This document shows, piece after piece, positions 25,740-41,176 of a stretch of DNA of 64,000 bases; position 1 is the stretch's first letter; each line of letters begins with the position of its first letter. The notes under the pieces were generated by a model. The model was not told the origin of the DNA. It was given only the letters and a program-made list of their open reading frames with translations, and did not search any database. Source of the stretch: Eledone cirrhosa. Its lineage: Eukaryota. The translations under genes and the position numbers were made by a program. The DNA is taken from positions 334,552,001 to 334,616,000 of the forward strand of contig OZ024742.1 of assembly GCA_964016885.1 (NCBI GenBank), given 5' to 3'.

Positions 25740-26345
25740 GGTGGTATACATTCCTCGTTTATTACTTATAGTGTCTTAATTATATCCGAGGTGATTGATT
25801 GAAAATATAAAGTTCAACCCTCAATTGTGCTGCTGGTTTAGAATGTTTGTGTTCCTTTACTTGAAAGCCTTCTACGTAGTTTCAAAGTATGGGTGTAAAT
25901 TATTGAATTTACAATACTCAGACACATAGGCACAAGTTCAGAGCCGAAGTTTAAATAATACTGCTTATGAACCTCTCTATATTTCAGCATATATAAATAG
26001 ACAACTTGTTATACTTAACGGAAATAATAGACTACTTCAATGGTGCGAATTATAAAAGCTATAGCGTGTTAATGATAGATAGTATGTATATTTTTATTAT
26101 AGATTTGGATATAAAAGACAAAAAAACATTACAAGTTTTAACAGAACAATCACTTGATTGTTATTCTGTGTTAGTTTAGATTGCTTGTATTAAATTATCC
26201 ATTATATATATATATCACTGTGTTGAAATGTGACAACTATATAAAAAGAGGAGACTACACATGACATGTGAATGAATTTTCACTTTCTGTAGCTTCTGCG
26301 AAATTCAAATTGGGTTATATATTAAAAAACAAAAAGCAATACAAT

Positions 26346-26417
26346 TAGCAGAGCGTAGTTTCGATCTACGGACCTCTGGGTTATGGGCCCAGCACGCTTC
26401 CACTGCGCCACTCTGCT
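26346..26417 (-). tRNA. tRNA-iMet: initiator tRNA-Met (CAT), intact
   Basis: Identical to consensus; third paralog of the 3792 copy. Confidence 0.97.
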
Positions 26418-27437
26418 GACTGTAAAACTTTACAAATTTTAGTGACTGTATTAGACTAGATTACATTTATTGCATCGTCTATCACATATTATTGATCTAA
26501 TTCTTTTATTATTTGTTCAAATCACTTGAGTTCAAACTCGCCGAGGTTAGCTTTGCCTTTCATCCTTACTAGGTCGATAAGATAAAGCACCAGTAATGCA
26601 CTGGGGTCGATTTAATCGACTGTCCAACCTCCCCAAATTAATGGCTTTGTGTTTATAGTAGAAATGATTATTCAACTTAATACTCTAAACATGACACATG
26701 TATAGTGCAAGGCAAATCATCCCTTTTCTAAATAATAATTGTTTCTACTTTTGGCACAAGGCCAGCAATTATCCATTGGTACTTTATTTCAACGACCCCA
26801 TAAGGATGAAAGGCAAAGTTAACCTCGGTGGGATTTGAACTCAGAATGGAAAGGGCCGTAACTCTATGCGCCAAAGCATGGCGTTCAACCCTTTACCGAT
26901 GCTGCCAATTCTAATTGAGGCTCAAGTCTGAAATTTAGCGGGGAGGGGGAATGTTGATTAAATTAGACTCACTACTTAACTATTACTTTATTTTATCAAC
27001 ACTAGAAGGATGAAATGCAAAGTCGGCCTCGTTGCCCTTTGAGCTCAGAACGTAAAGAGCCGGGATTAAACACCGCAACTTAGTTTGTTGGAACTTTATT
27101 CTGCTTAACCACAACTACCAATATTTAAAGGAAATAAAGAAATACATTCTTACATCATGCAAATTGTAATACATATAGTTCTCTTATTTATATACATTTT
27201 GTATAGATTTTTTGTTTAACTGTGTAGATGATTACATACCAAAAAAGAAAAATATACACATTTTAGCAGAGCATGGGTTTGGTCTACAGATCTCTTTATT
27301 ATGGGTATAGCACACATATACTGTGATGTGTGATACTGTGTCAACTATATAAAATGTAAATAATACATTTACGTGCGATAGAAATAAAATTTCTTTTACA
27401 GAAATAATTATGATATAAAAATAATAACAAACATAAA

Positions 27438-27509
27438 TAGCAGAGCGTAGTTTCGATCTACGGACCTCTGGGTTATGGGCCCAGCACGCTTCCACTGCGC
27501 CACTCTGCT
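27438..27509 (-). tRNA. tRNA-iMet: initiator tRNA-Met (CAT), intact
   Basis: Identical to consensus with diverged flanks. Confidence 0.96.
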
Positions 27510-27924
27510 GACTGGCTAATGCTACACTTTTTTACTACTTTTAGTCACTGAATTAGATTAGATTACAATTATTGCATCACCCCTAACACGTTATTGATCT
27601 CTGTCGGTTTTATTATTTCAAACATATACAAAGGTGAAACTACTTATTATGTGCAATGGCATGTGTATGTTCATTTAGGGACTTCAAACATAGAGAGCCC
27701 CGCCAGGTGGAGTGGCTGTTTCAGCGCGTATCACTCGCAGTTCTCCGGAGCAATGCATTCGCCATCCAGTCGACTGGGGACCAGAGATAAAGAACAAGTT
27801 AGCTGTTGGTGGAGGTTACTCGCATTAATAATATATTATAATTACCAAAACACAAATCGGAAAAAAGCACATTCTTGTAGACATACATAGACACTTATAC
27901 ACCCATACATATCTTTATCTTCCC

Positions 27925-27974
<50 letters not shown>

Positions 27975-28973
27975 CTTGTTCTTTGTTTTCATTTCATTGT
28001 TTTTATTAATTTATCTTGACTCTGTTTTCCTATGATTTTTATCAAAAATATTTGAATGCATCTTCTCTTTTCTTGATATTTGGATTACATTGAGTTCTTC
28101 ATACGGATTGGACACTACCGTATATTTTGGTAGTTTTATCTACACACACATATATATATATATAGTGTAGGTAGTACGGTAAAGCACTGGTGTTGGTACC
28201 TAATCAAGCACTATATGCACAGGCAGATGGTATATAATAGATAAAACGAGAAAGTTTCATTTACATATAAAAAATATTTATTGCTTATAATATATCTTTT
28301 GTCCCATCACCAGTCTGAGGAGTAGATCGATACTGGAGCCGGGCCATAACTCCTATGGGTCATCTTGAGCCAATATATATATATATATAAATTGATGAAC
28401 AGAACAAACAAACATTAAACAATCCTTTCAATAAATTAAAAATGATTTAAATATCTACCTGTTCATAATGATATCACCGGCGGTTTCCATTTACAAAAGA
28501 TTAGAAATTCAGAGAATTTCCAACGGAAAGTAAACTTCGTCAGATAGTTATTTCCATTCTATAGGACTTAAGTACCACGGTCTGCAAATATAATGCCAAC
28601 TACCAGCTCGTATGAGTTATGGCCGTTAAAGTGACCCACACACGAACCGGCCGCTAGTGAAAGCGGGAATATGTCAGACTTGTTGATGGCTTTGCTGCTA
28701 AAAAAAAGCAGTAAACAACAATGAATGTTTTCTCTACATAGATTGGAGAATATATAAAAATTAGGTAAATATCTCACTGAGTACTAAGTACCCATAGAGA
28801 TATATAGGGTGTCTCTAATATAATTGTTGCTCTATGGTACTAATTCGAGATACCAGAACTATAAAAATGGATGCCAAAAATGTGCCGTAAGTGACGACGA
28901 CAGCGTACAACACCACCATCAGATCAATGCCCTCGGATATATATATATATAGGAAAATGTTTAACCCCGACGG

Positions 28974-29026
28974 CAGTTTCAGAAGATCCCGTTAAGGGTG
29001 AAAGCAGCGATTCTTTGCTTAAACTG
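28974..29026 (+). ncRNA. hammerhead-like motif with non-canonical CAGAAGA core
   Basis: CAGTTT-CAGAAGA-TCCCGTTAAGGGT-GAAA-GCAGCGATTCTTTGC-TT-AAACTG. Confidence 0.6.
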
Positions 29027-29317
29027 TAATCTGTTATTTTAATACATATTTGCTCTATGGCTCTATGGGTTTATATATTTTTATAGATAAATATATAATC
29101 CTTATCTAGGCCTCTTCGGATTTTAGTCTTCACATTTATTATTATTACTATATATATATATATAACGAAGGAGATGTGGTAATGAACCAGGTGGACCATA
29201 ACGCACCAGAGTACTCAATACTTAGATTAGTAGCGTGGGTAATAGGAAAATGTTTAACCCCGACGGCAGAGCAGCTGTCGAAACGGCTTGAGCTCTGCCG
29301 TCGGGGTTAAACATTTT

Positions 29318-29364
<47 letters not shown>

Positions 29365-29856
29365 ATAATAATTATGAAGACCAAAATCCGAAGTGGGCCT
29401 GATAACGAAGGTATATATAAACCCGTAGAGCAAATATTTATTATTAGTACAGATTAAAGTTTAAGCGAAGAATTTCTGCTTTCACTCTATTACGGGATCT
29501 TCTGAAACTGAGAAAAAATCAATCTGTAGATTCAGAATTACATATTTCAAAAAATGTTACAACCAAAAGAAAGCAGGAATATATGACGTTAGTTCGTGAA
29601 GATATTCTCTGGCGGTAGACAAAAAATATGCAAGGATAATTACGTCATTATGTGGAACGAGAAGAACAATTTCTTGCTATGAAAAAATCGTTAGAAAAAT
29701 ACCCTTTTCCAGGTACGATGTAATGAAAATGATGTAAATAACAGTAACAGATTAAACGATAAAACTGAAGGCATTAATAACAGTAAAAAGTATATTAATG
29801 ATAAGAACATTAACAGTAGTGTTATATGATTTAAGTTCGTACATAAATATAAAAAT

Positions 29857-29928
29857 TAGCAGAGCGTAGTTTCGATCTACGGACCTCTGGGTTATGGGCC
29901 CAGCACGCTTCCACTGCGCCACTCTGCT
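29857..29928 (-). tRNA. tRNA-iMet: initiator tRNA-Met (CAT), intact
   Basis: Identical to consensus; TTTTT immediately downstream. Confidence 0.96.
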
Positions 29929-30485
29929 GAATATAGTATTTTACTACTATTGGTGACTGTATTAGACTAGAGATCGCTTATTACATCGTCCATCACACGT
30001 TATTGATCTCTGGTTTTTTTTTATTATTTCAAAACATATAGAAAGGTGAAACAACATATTATGTGTTATGGCATTAAACTATTTATTTGGGGACATTCAA
30101 ACATAACCACACACACGCACACACGCACACACACGAGCGCGCACGCACGCACATACGCACATACATATTTTTCTCTCTCTATATATATATATATGTATGT
30201 GTGTGTATGTGTGTATGCTTATTCTTGTGTGTGTGTGTGCATGTTTAATCTAGTGTGTGGGTGTGTGTGTATGTGTGTACGTGTACGTGTGTGGTTGTAT
30301 GTCTTTGTATGTGTGAAACTGTTAAATTACCCAGTCCTTAGAACATGAACCTCACACTGGATACATTAACGCATAATTTCCGCCTTTTTGAGGTGAGTTT
30401 AGACTCAGTCAAGGTCAATTTTTGATTTCATCCTTTTGTGATCGATAAGTAAAGTACCAGTCCAGTTATGGAAGAGATATTTAAT

Positions 30486-30655
30486 GGCACAAGGCCAGCA
30501 ATTATGTCAGTCTATTACAGGTACTTTATTTTATTGACCACGTAAGGGTGAAAGCCAAAGTTAACCTCGGCGGGATTTGAACGCAGACTATAAAGGGCCG
30601 TAACTCTTTACTGCAAAGCATGGCGTCCGACCCTCTACCGATACTGCCAATCCAC
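30486..30655 (-). mobile_element. SINE family 1
   Basis: Consensus match. Confidence 0.88.
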
Positions 30656-31228
30656 TGAAATATAATATTATTTGGTCATTGCTAATTATAAATGATATAG
30701 TGTTCTTATTTGCGTACATAGAGTGTACATTAGTTGATTAATTGTGTAGATGTTTGGATAGCAAAACAGAATTTTAAAAATACGTTTCTGTAGAGTACGG
30801 ATTTGTTCTACAGACATCAGTCTTATGGATTCAACACGCTTCTGCAGACAGCTGAGCATCGACTGAGCTTGTTAGGATTACTCCCATTCATTTATCTCTA
30901 ATACAAACATTAGTGGTAGTGGTGTTTATTTCCCTCTTTCTTATATACACATATATACACCAGGTCCGAGCACAAGAGAACCAAACTCACACTTTCACCA
31001 CCCCTGTCTCTCCCGCTCTCCCCATCTCTCACTATTGTAAGCAAATGATGGCCCACGCGCTGGCTACCCCACGAACCCCGGTGCACAGAATATCCACTAC
31101 ATGTCTTTGTGTGGAACTCCTTCAACTAAATCGAAAAGAGAGTACCTACACGTGACATGCGATCCTATTAAAATATTCATTTACTGTAGATACTCGAAGA
31201 TACAGATTTAATGTATAAAAAAGAAACC

Positions 31229-31300
31229 TAAAATGCAGTTGTATTGATCTACGGACCTCTGGGTTATAGGCCCAGCACACTTCCATTGAGCCACTCTGCT
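31229..31300 (-). pseudogene. tRNA-iMet pseudogene, 3' end decayed, anticodon TAT
   Basis: GATCTACGGACCTCTGGGTTATAGGCCCAGCACACTTCCATTGAGCCACTCTGCT. Confidence 0.8.
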
Positions 31301-31385
31301 GATTGGCTCCCACTATTATGGTTTCTTACATTTAGTTATTGTTCTAGACTAGATTACTCGGATTGTGTCATCTCTTACGTGTTGT

Positions 31386-31540
31386 CATGCTTTGACGCAT
31401 AGAGTTACGGCCCTTTATAGTCTGAGTTCTAATCCCGCCGAGGTTAACTTTGCCTTTCATCCTTACGGGGTCGATAAAATAAAGTACCAGTAATGAACTG
31501 AGATAATTGCTGGCCTTGTGCCAAATGTAGAAACAGTTAT
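31386..31540 (+). mobile_element. SINE family 1, 5' truncated
   Basis: Consensus match. Confidence 0.88.
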
Positions 31541-31653
31541 TTATCTCTGGGAGTCTTTTGTTTCGTTATTTTCAGGGAATTTTCTGTAGTCTCAATGTGT
31601 GGCTTTAAATCATTTTACAAAAGAGACAGACAGACGGACAAAATCACCGATTG

Positions 31654-31737
<84 letters not shown>

Positions 31738-31827
31738 ATAATAAGAAATTTGAAGACTAAAATCCAAAGAGGGCTCGATAAGGGTAGATATATATCAAAT
31801 ATATAAGAACTGTAATCTGTTATTTTA

Positions 31828-31872
<45 letters not shown>

Positions 31873-31877
<5 letters not shown>

Positions 31878-31940
31878 GTGGTTACACAACAGTTAGTTCA
31901 CCATACGTATGGTGAACTAACTGTTGTGTAACCACTTCTA
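31873..31940. repeat. perfect 68-bp palindrome
   Basis: TAGAAGTGGTTACACAACAGTTAGTTCACCATAC|GTATGGTGAACTAACTGTTGTGTAACCACTTCTA. Confidence 0.97.
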
Positions 31941-32246
31941 CCTAACTCGTCCCATGGAGTGCTCTACCACTACGGATAGTACCTTCCAGTGTTCTACCAC
32001 TATATATATATATGTGTGTGTCTGTGTGTGTGTGTGTGTGTGTATGTGTGTGTGTGTTCACGCGCTTGTGTGTGTAGTGTGTGTGTCTATATATAATACG
32101 GTGAACTCACAATCGATAGAACGTTTATATGGTGCTCTGCGGTGCTAGTTCCGGGCTGTCTATGATGCGATCAATTTCAATCAAGGTCAACTTTGACTCT
32201 TTTTATACTGATAAATAACGTTGCCGACCAGTATTTGGGTTTATTG

Positions 32247-32344
<98 letters not shown>

Positions 32345-32572
32345 AATATTTTCGAAACAGCGAGCGAGTTTTTGAAATTATAAATATAAGTTATCGCCGT
32401 ATTTTGACTAAAGCAATCAAAGAAATCATTTAGTGAGTTAAGACGAGTATTGACTTACATGTACGTCAATACTCGTCTTTTTCCATTTCTCCGAGGGTTC
32501 TTAACCCCACTATCAGGCTAAATAATTTCTTTAATTTCTTTAGTCAAAATACGGCGATAGCTTATATTTATA

Positions 32573-32619
<47 letters not shown>

Positions 32620-33128
32620 GAATGGGGGAAATTAAATCGGTCTCCGGCTTTTATTGAACACTGACATCAAAGGTACGTAACTAAATGACTCAAACCATTC
32701 TGCTGGACTCTCCAACGATACTGCCTTTCCCCACCATTGTTTACTTAAATATATAGGAACAATTATCGTGTCAATGAACTTCATAGCATTCTAGTTCTGT
32801 GTAACACTGGATTAAAAGACGACGCAATCGGTATTTATATCCATGTATACAAAGCTATCCCTAAAATAGATATTAATTCATAAATAAGAAACTGAATTGA
32901 AATAAATGATGCGATCCTACTTCAGTTAATATTAGATTATGTGAATACAAATTTACTTCCGGGTCAACAGAGACGTGTGTGTGTAAGTGTGCTGCGTTCA
33001 TTGTCTTGAAATCAGTAAATGAAAACTATTCTCTGCACATACATTCATTCTTTCTTTCTTTCTTTCAGCTTTCAAATGACGAAAATACATCAATATTTCT
33101 TATTCAATGATTATACGCTAAATAAGTT

Positions 33129-33480
<352 letters not shown>

Positions 33481-34013
33481 GTGTTTAAATATATAATAAT
33501 GTGTATATACTTTATGACGAGACAGGACTATTGTGTATTCTATCATTGGTGACAGATTATTGATAAACCTCTGACCATTCTTTCAGTTTATTGTATTTCC
33601 TTGATTTGTACACAACTATAAACCTGTCAGCTGGTGATTAGTAGTTTCAATGGAAATGCTAAAAGTTCCAGTAACACCAATAATAAATACCAGTAAAAAT
33701 ATGAAATATATTGTTCAATAAGAGTTTCACATTAACTAACTATATATCACCTTCACTTAACCTTCTGTTCTTATTAATATGCATGGAGTCGCTATTTAGT
33801 AATTACACAACAGTATTATGAAGCTTATTGTTTATATTGACCGTGCATCATCTGAGGTACAACACAATAACGCTAAAAAAGGTTTTGGTATATATTATAT
33901 GCTTTTATTAAGCAACATTCTGGTAGGGTTATAAATACTTTTTTATTGAAATAGGAAAATGTCGGGCATTCTGCTAGAAGATATACATAATAGAATGTAT
34001 GTATGTAAATATA

Positions 34014-34086
<73 letters not shown>

Positions 34087-34419
34087 ATGTACGTATATAT
34101 ATATATATATAATAACTAGAGGTTGATTAACATATAAATATACATGAATAATCACAGGAGATAATTTTTGCTCGCGTGTAACCACGCATAGCTAGTATAG
34201 GTAAAATTTACCTTTAAGAGTGATTAACCTTTGCTTGTATATATCCTATTAAAGAAATATATTTCACCAATTAATCAGATGGTAAGTCACGGATAGTAGA
34301 TATTATTGGATTGTCAGCAAGGAAAGTATAATCATTTCCAGCTATTCGTCCTTACATGACACCCATGATTTCGATTTAGATTAAATTCATTTAATTCATT
34401 TTATCGTAATTTTGGATTT

Positions 34420-34465
<46 letters not shown>

Positions 34466-34644
34466 AGGGAACTTGAACGGTTAAGTTCTGATTCCTCGGC
34501 ATGTCACTATTTATAAAACAAACTTTCTATTTTATTTGATGAGGGCGTACCAAAGTTTTGGTATCCTTGAAATATATATTATAGAATAAATATGGTTTTA
34601 TAAATATAGTTTCCATTTATTAATATCATATATATATTAAAAAA

Positions 34645-34710
<66 letters not shown>

Positions 34711-34714
<4 letters not shown>

Positions 34715-35330
34715 GCTGCCAACTCGTTTTCGAGTACGGCCACTACTTTATATCAATGTAGGAGAACCCCTACCGATGCGCTGAACGAGTGTTTGACTTT
34801 TTAGTCCAGCCAGCGACTTGAAAACTCTGGCACAAACACCCCACTTGTGACCATTATTGACATATAGTGCTGGGCCCATGGTACATGTGATGACAAGTGC
34901 AAAGATATCTCCAGATATAAAGCAATGCCTGTGCCGTGAAGCTTTTATAGTGAGCAAAGGCACTGCACAAAGCCAGTCCCACTCTCTTAACCAAGATGAT
35001 ATTTACCAAAAAGAAGAACAAGTCAACATCATTGGATACCATCAGGGTTGCAGGTGTTATAACAGAGTTTTCCTCTCCTAGAATTCTGCCTTGACAAAGG
35101 CTAAGGGGTCATCTCTCCCTGTGATTTTGGATGGCCATTGACTCTTAAGAGCTCCTTTGCCCTTTGACAGGTCTTGTTTTTAGTCCTGCAGGATGTCCAA
35201 AGTCACCCTCCTCACCAAGAAACCTTGGTGGGGTTGCCAGTTTAGTCGCCAACGACCCGACCATGAGACAGGTTGTACTGGGATACATGTTACCAGTAGC
35301 ACCAACTGGTGACCAACTGTTGACCTGACA
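34711..35330 (-). mobile_element. interspersed non-coding repeat, RTE-5'UTR-like
   Basis: 34711-34935 is the reverse complement of 49390-49613; contains TCTAGGGAGAGGAAAACTCTG, similar to RTE 5' ends. Confidence 0.55.
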
Positions 35331-35354
35331 TATATATATATACATACATATATA

Positions 35355-35620
35355 CAGGCATGTGTCCTCAGTCCTCTCAATCTCGTCCACCATATAACCT
35401 CTTTTACCATAGCCACTATACAGAGGAAAACCGCTTCTCTTTCGTGTTTGAAAGAATTTGGTGGTTTGATCCTTACTATGGACTCACCAGTCAACTGGAT
35501 TTGTCCCATACGCGACAGCAGTTGTTCTGCGTAGGTCCATAGATCGGTTACGCCCGGACGGTGTATTATTGCGTGCAGGATGGTTTCAATGCCCTGCTCG
35601 CATTTGGACACGTCTTCTTG
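35355..35620 (-). mobile_element. L1/Tx1-type LINE ORF2 C-terminal (zf-RVT) relic
   Basis: KCEQGIETILHAIIHRPGVTDLW...VKEVIWWTR resembles CxxC..ETxxH...CP...W..K..IW..R. Confidence 0.65.
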
Positions 35621-35624
35621 GAAG

Positions 35625-35668
35625 GTAGATAGATAGACAGACGGATGGATAAATAGATAGATAGACAA

Positions 35669-35738
<70 letters not shown>
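35625..35738. repeat. (GATA)n microsatellite
   Basis: Direct reading. Confidence 0.98.
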
Positions 35739-35804
35739 TAACAGGTAGATTTGAAATGAATTTGTCCCAATGTATATTACTATATAAATAGCCAGTCATT
35801 AGAA

Positions 35805-35952
35805 AGGCCGGACATGCTTTCCAGCGTAGTTACGTCTCTTTACGATTTGAGTTCTAATCCCGCCTTTCATCCTTAATGAGGTCGATAAAATAAAGTACCA
35901 GTAATGTACTGGAAAATTGCTGGCCTTGTGCCAAAAAGTAGAAACAATTATT
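35805..35952 (+). mobile_element. SINE family 1, partial
   Basis: Consensus match. Confidence 0.85.
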
Positions 35953-36521
35953 TAAATATAAGAAACCATTTTAACAAGAAAGTCAACTATAGAAGCAATG
36001 TAGACGAAACAGTTAGGGAGAGACGCTGAATTGTATCCTACATCTCTCGGATGCCGGGCTAATACGTTAATGGGTCCCTGTCAAGAATTGATGTATTTTA
36101 GGAGATTTCAAGCATTTAATTAGAACTGTGAACATACTGTTGATTTCAGGAAACTTTTGAAATATTTTAATGTTAAATGTGGTTATCCCAAATCAAAAGA
36201 CTATAATAAAGTCAATTACAATATATAATACTTCAAAAAAATTGGGTAATTATGTCCTGAAAGCAGAGGAAACTAGGTCGAAGAGCTTAATGCGGGGTTC
36301 GTTTCATCTCAGACCCCTCTTTTTATGCGACTCCAATAATATTTTACCTGACTTGTCAATTAGTATTTATACGACTACATTTCAAATTATGTTTATGTTA
36401 ATATCTATAGATATGGAGATATACAAATATACCTATATATCTATATATATGGGAGCCATGTGTGCGTATGTCTATGAGTGCGCGAGCACGTGGGTGCATG
36501 AATATATATACCTGTATATAC

Positions 36522-36557
<36 letters not shown>

Positions 36558-37481
36558 ATACATATTTGTGTTGGTGCTCTTTTTATATAAACATTCAGTA
36601 TATTATTAAATATACAATACGTACATACATATATACATACATATACACACACACACACCACACACACACACATTCACACATAGTCCACGCACATTCATGT
36701 TTATAGAAAGGCACCAAACTGAAAGCACAGTGACAAATATAGAAGATCAGAGACAAATATATACGCAGTCAAACGCAAATACACGCGTGTAGAAACGAAA
36801 ACAGCAACACCACGAAACGTAAATACATTTGAAAAGACACTCGTACAGACAACTACATCCAAACAGAAATAAAAACTAGTCCAATCATATACAGATGCAT
36901 GCAGATCGTAAACCATTTTTTAAGGATCGGTCTAACTACGTAGTAACAAAACAAACAGAATATAAATAAAGAAGATGAGAAACAGTAAATATATCTTAGA
37001 ATAAATAATAAAATTATACAAATATATATATGTGAAAAATTAAGAATGTGATACATCAACAAAGAACGATATAAAAAAAACTGATAGATAGAAAGAAAGA
37101 AGAGAAAAAGATATGAAATAAATAAATTTTAAAAAAGATTGTTGATGGAATGAATCACGTCACATATCAGAGAATGTTGTCAGAATTCAAGCTGCAATAA
37201 TTGGACAGCAAGCAAGTGATAAATATAAATATGTTTAGAATAGTTATTTTAGAAAACGAAATAAAAGTAGGCTCAATATTTCTCTGTACGTGTGTGTGTA
37301 CATGTGTACGTGTGTGTCTACGTGTGTGTGCGTCTATTAATTTTACTTGGAATTGTTGTAGTTGCTGTTGTTGTTATAGTTTGATTATGTTCTTGTTTTA
37401 TGATTTTTGTTGCAGTTTGATGTGTCTTGTGTATTTGTTTCATGTTTAAGTAGAATTATTTTTTTCAAACCGATTTGTTTT

Positions 37482-37576
<95 letters not shown>

Positions 37577-37720
37577 ATGTGTGTGTGTTTGTTGGTGTTT
37601 GGGAATTTAGCCAGTATATATAAGACTGTCTCAGGAGCTCACTCAAATTACTGATGACTTCCAAGACAAATACTAGTATATAGTATATATATAAATAAAT
37701 AAATATATATATATATATAA

Positions 37721-37806
<86 letters not shown>

Positions 37807-38469
37807 TTGTACATATGTGTGTGTATGTGTGTGTGTGAAGAGAGAGGGAGAGAGAAAGAAAGAGAGAGAGAGGGATAATTACATATACACGTTCATACAC
37901 ATACATATATATACACACACACGTCGATATATTATATATTATTTATTTCCGGTACAAAATATTTTAAATGGGCGTCCATTGCTTTACAAATTATATAAAC
38001 CTATAATAATGATAATAATAATAATAATAATATCTATATTTGGCACCCGGTCAGTACATTTGGCACAAAGCAACCTATTTTGAGCGACAAGAGTTTATGT
38101 AGGGGATTAAAGTTTTCCTCTCTATTTCACTTTTTTATTTTATCGACCCCAAAATGATAATCGTTCGCGATTTTTCCTGCCAAGATTTGAACATAGACAG
38201 AAATAACTAACTCGGACATTGTATTTTGTTCTTGTCCTATATACTACTACTACTACTACTACTACTACTATTGCTGCTGTGCTGCTACTACTACTACTTC
38301 CACCATTTCTACTAATACCACTACTACTACTGCTGCTACTCTACTACTACTACTACTACTACTAGTGGGAGTTGCAGCCATTAGACCAACAAGGTAGTCG
38401 CCTTGAGTAAAAACCTCAGAAAATTGCATTACTGAAATTTAATTCATCACAATTCCATACAATTTTGCA

Positions 38470-38655
38470 TAATTAATTGTTTCTACTTTTGGCACAAGGC
38501 CAGCAATTAAACCAGTGTATTACTGGTTCTTTATTTTATCGATCCCATAAGGATGAAAGGCAAAGTTAACCTCGGCGGGATTTGAACTCAGACCATAAAG
38601 GGCCGTAACACTTTGCTGCAAAGCATGATGTCCGACCCTCTACCGATACTGCCAA
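38470..38655 (-). mobile_element. SINE family 1
   Basis: Consensus match. Confidence 0.9.
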
Positions 38656-39106
38656 TGTCAACATATAAGTTTCTCCAATCAACAAATAAATCTCTAAACA
38701 TCTTTGCCACGGTGCCCTGTTGTGGAAAGATCCAAAGCTGTCAAGCGTGTTATATAGAGTTATGAACTATCAAATGATTTGACGTGTCTAAGTTGTATCC
38801 ACTAGCTAATGTAGATTCTTAGTGTGGTCAGAAAAGGAAACTTGCCAAAGTGAAAGTTGAAAATGCTTTTCGGAGCGGAGTTGGCCGCTCTCAGGTGAGA
38901 GCCACGCGATGTGGAGTGGCTGTTTCAGCGAGTCTCCTTCGCCGTACTCCAGGGCAATGCATTCTTCATCCTGTCACCCTGAACCCAGAGCCGGAGGGTA
39001 AGTTAGTTGGTAGTGGAGGATACTCGTTCGGACGTGACATCCACTTATAAAAGATCTACCGACTTTATACTGGGTGAAAGGGGCACAAATGTTAGGGCAA
39101 GCAGAC

Positions 39107-39193
39107 CTACTACTACTACTACTACAACTACTACCACTACTACTACTATTACTACTAATACTACTACTACCACCACCACCACCGCCACTACCA

Positions 39194-39260
<67 letters not shown>

Positions 39261-39270
39261 CACTACTGCT
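39107..39270. repeat. (TAC)n microsatellite (another at 38242-38364)
   Basis: Direct reading. Confidence 0.98.
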
Positions 39271-40751
39271 AATTCTAATATTAATACTACTGCTGTTGCT
39301 GCTGTTACTGCTACTGATAATAATTATGTTTTTATTAGCCACTACGGCCGAAACCTAAAGGACATTACAAAAAAGGAACAGGGAGGGTTTACATAGAACA
39401 TGTAAAATAGATAACAGGAAATAACTGACAACAAATCAATAACAATAAAATTCCCCAACAGAGAGTGTACCACCCAGGTGTAATTTAAGAACCCCACAAG
39501 GCAAATCTATGTTTTTCATCCTTTCAAGGGTCGATGAATAAAGTGCGAGTCTACTATTGATGACGGTTCTTCTATTTTACTTTGTTTCACTTTTCTGTTT
39601 CTCTGGTAGGAATCAATTGTGTTACTGCCCTACGAGAGCCGAGCTCCGCCAGGTTTTAAATGCACATGATGTATGTATGTCATGACAGTTCACCTACGAC
39701 TCAAGATTTCAGTGCCGATGGAAAGATACTTGATCTAGAATTACATTACCTTTAATTTAAATCTGTTTCAGTTTCCCTGCTTCCTATTTGTCCATCAAAT
39801 TTGTTGCATCCGTGAATCCTTATTTGAATGTTTGGTTCATTAATATTGAAATAATCTGGACAATTAATATATTTATAGGTTTGTTTAAAACACTATTTAA
39901 TTTTCATAAAAGCTATATTTTTTATTAGACTTATTGTTATTTTGTTGTTTTTTAACATTTGTTTCTTTATTAATATGTTGGATATATTATATTCTCGCCT
40001 CCTTCGGTACCATAGAAGTCTATTCCTACACCACCCTTACATTCAGTTCAAATAGATTGGTTTCGACAAAGGGATGTCTATGAAATAAGAACTAGTCGTG
40101 GAAAAATAAATACTAGTGGTGATGACAGACTAAAATCCTTTTCAGGCAGTGCCCCAGCATGATTGCATTCTCATATTGTGAATCTAGTAAAAACAAAATA
40201 AAATGAAAATGATGGAGTTGAGAGGGAAAGAGGAATAACTAAGTTCGCTCCTCTGTGTGTAGCAGTTCTTTAGGTGATTACTGAACATATAACACTACAT
40301 AAGAATAAGCTTCTCGTAATGGATTTATTGTTGCAGATTCATCGTGAGATTCTGTACACGGCTGTATTTTAGGTTGCTTTTAATGTATCTGTATCCACAT
40401 ATCCTGTACACACACAAACACCACCCCCTCTGACTGATACCTATTATGTTAAGTAAACACGCTTCTATGTTAATTTACTGTAACTAATGGCAGTCCCTCA
40501 CCAAAGACATTGACAATAATAACAGTATACTATGTTTTGCGACAAAATAGAAAAACTTTATTTGTCTTTGAAAACAAACCATAGTTTCATTGGCTCATTC
40601 ATGTCACGGCTCTTTACCAGTGGACCTTTATAGTTAATACAAAGTGACTACATATATACATATATACATACATACAGACAGGCACACAGCATACATATAT
40701 ACATCCACATATACATATGCAAACACAAATTCGCATGTATATATTTACTTT

Positions 40752-40754
<3 letters not shown>

Positions 40755-40785
<31 letters not shown>

Positions 40786-40815
40786 ATATGGTATATATAT
40801 ATATATATAATATAG

Positions 40816-40882
<67 letters not shown>

Positions 40883-41003
40883 TACATATATGGTATGTAT
40901 TATATATATATATATTGTATATATATAGTATGTATATATATATATGGTGTATATGTATATATATATATGTGTGTGTGGTACATGTGTGGTACATATATGA
41001 TAT

Positions 41004-41035
<32 letters not shown>

Positions 41036-41104
41036 CATATATATATGTATGTATGTATTATGATATGGTACCATGTGTGTGTGGTGCATGTGTGGTGCAT
41101 ACAT

Positions 41105-41175
<71 letters not shown>
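40755..41175. repeat. compound (TA)n/(TATG)n tract with GGTAC units
   Basis: Direct reading. Confidence 0.95.

Positions 41176-41176
<1 letters not shown>

Larger units (their letters stand above)
23581..27270. repeat. segmental duplication copy 3 (partial) of the tRNA-iMet block
   Basis: Matches 742-4690 and 14580-18375, including nested SINEs. Confidence 0.9.

Noticed and set aside
20936-31300. Anticodon-shifted copies (AAT at 20936, CTT at 24280, TAT at 31229) as alternative-start initiator tRNAs
   Set aside because: All three have broken or missing acceptor stems, consistent with neutral decay.
35180-35668. 162-aa ORF as a host exon
   Set aside because: It begins in (TATC)n, and its core resembles a LINE zf-RVT relic that runs into another repeat.
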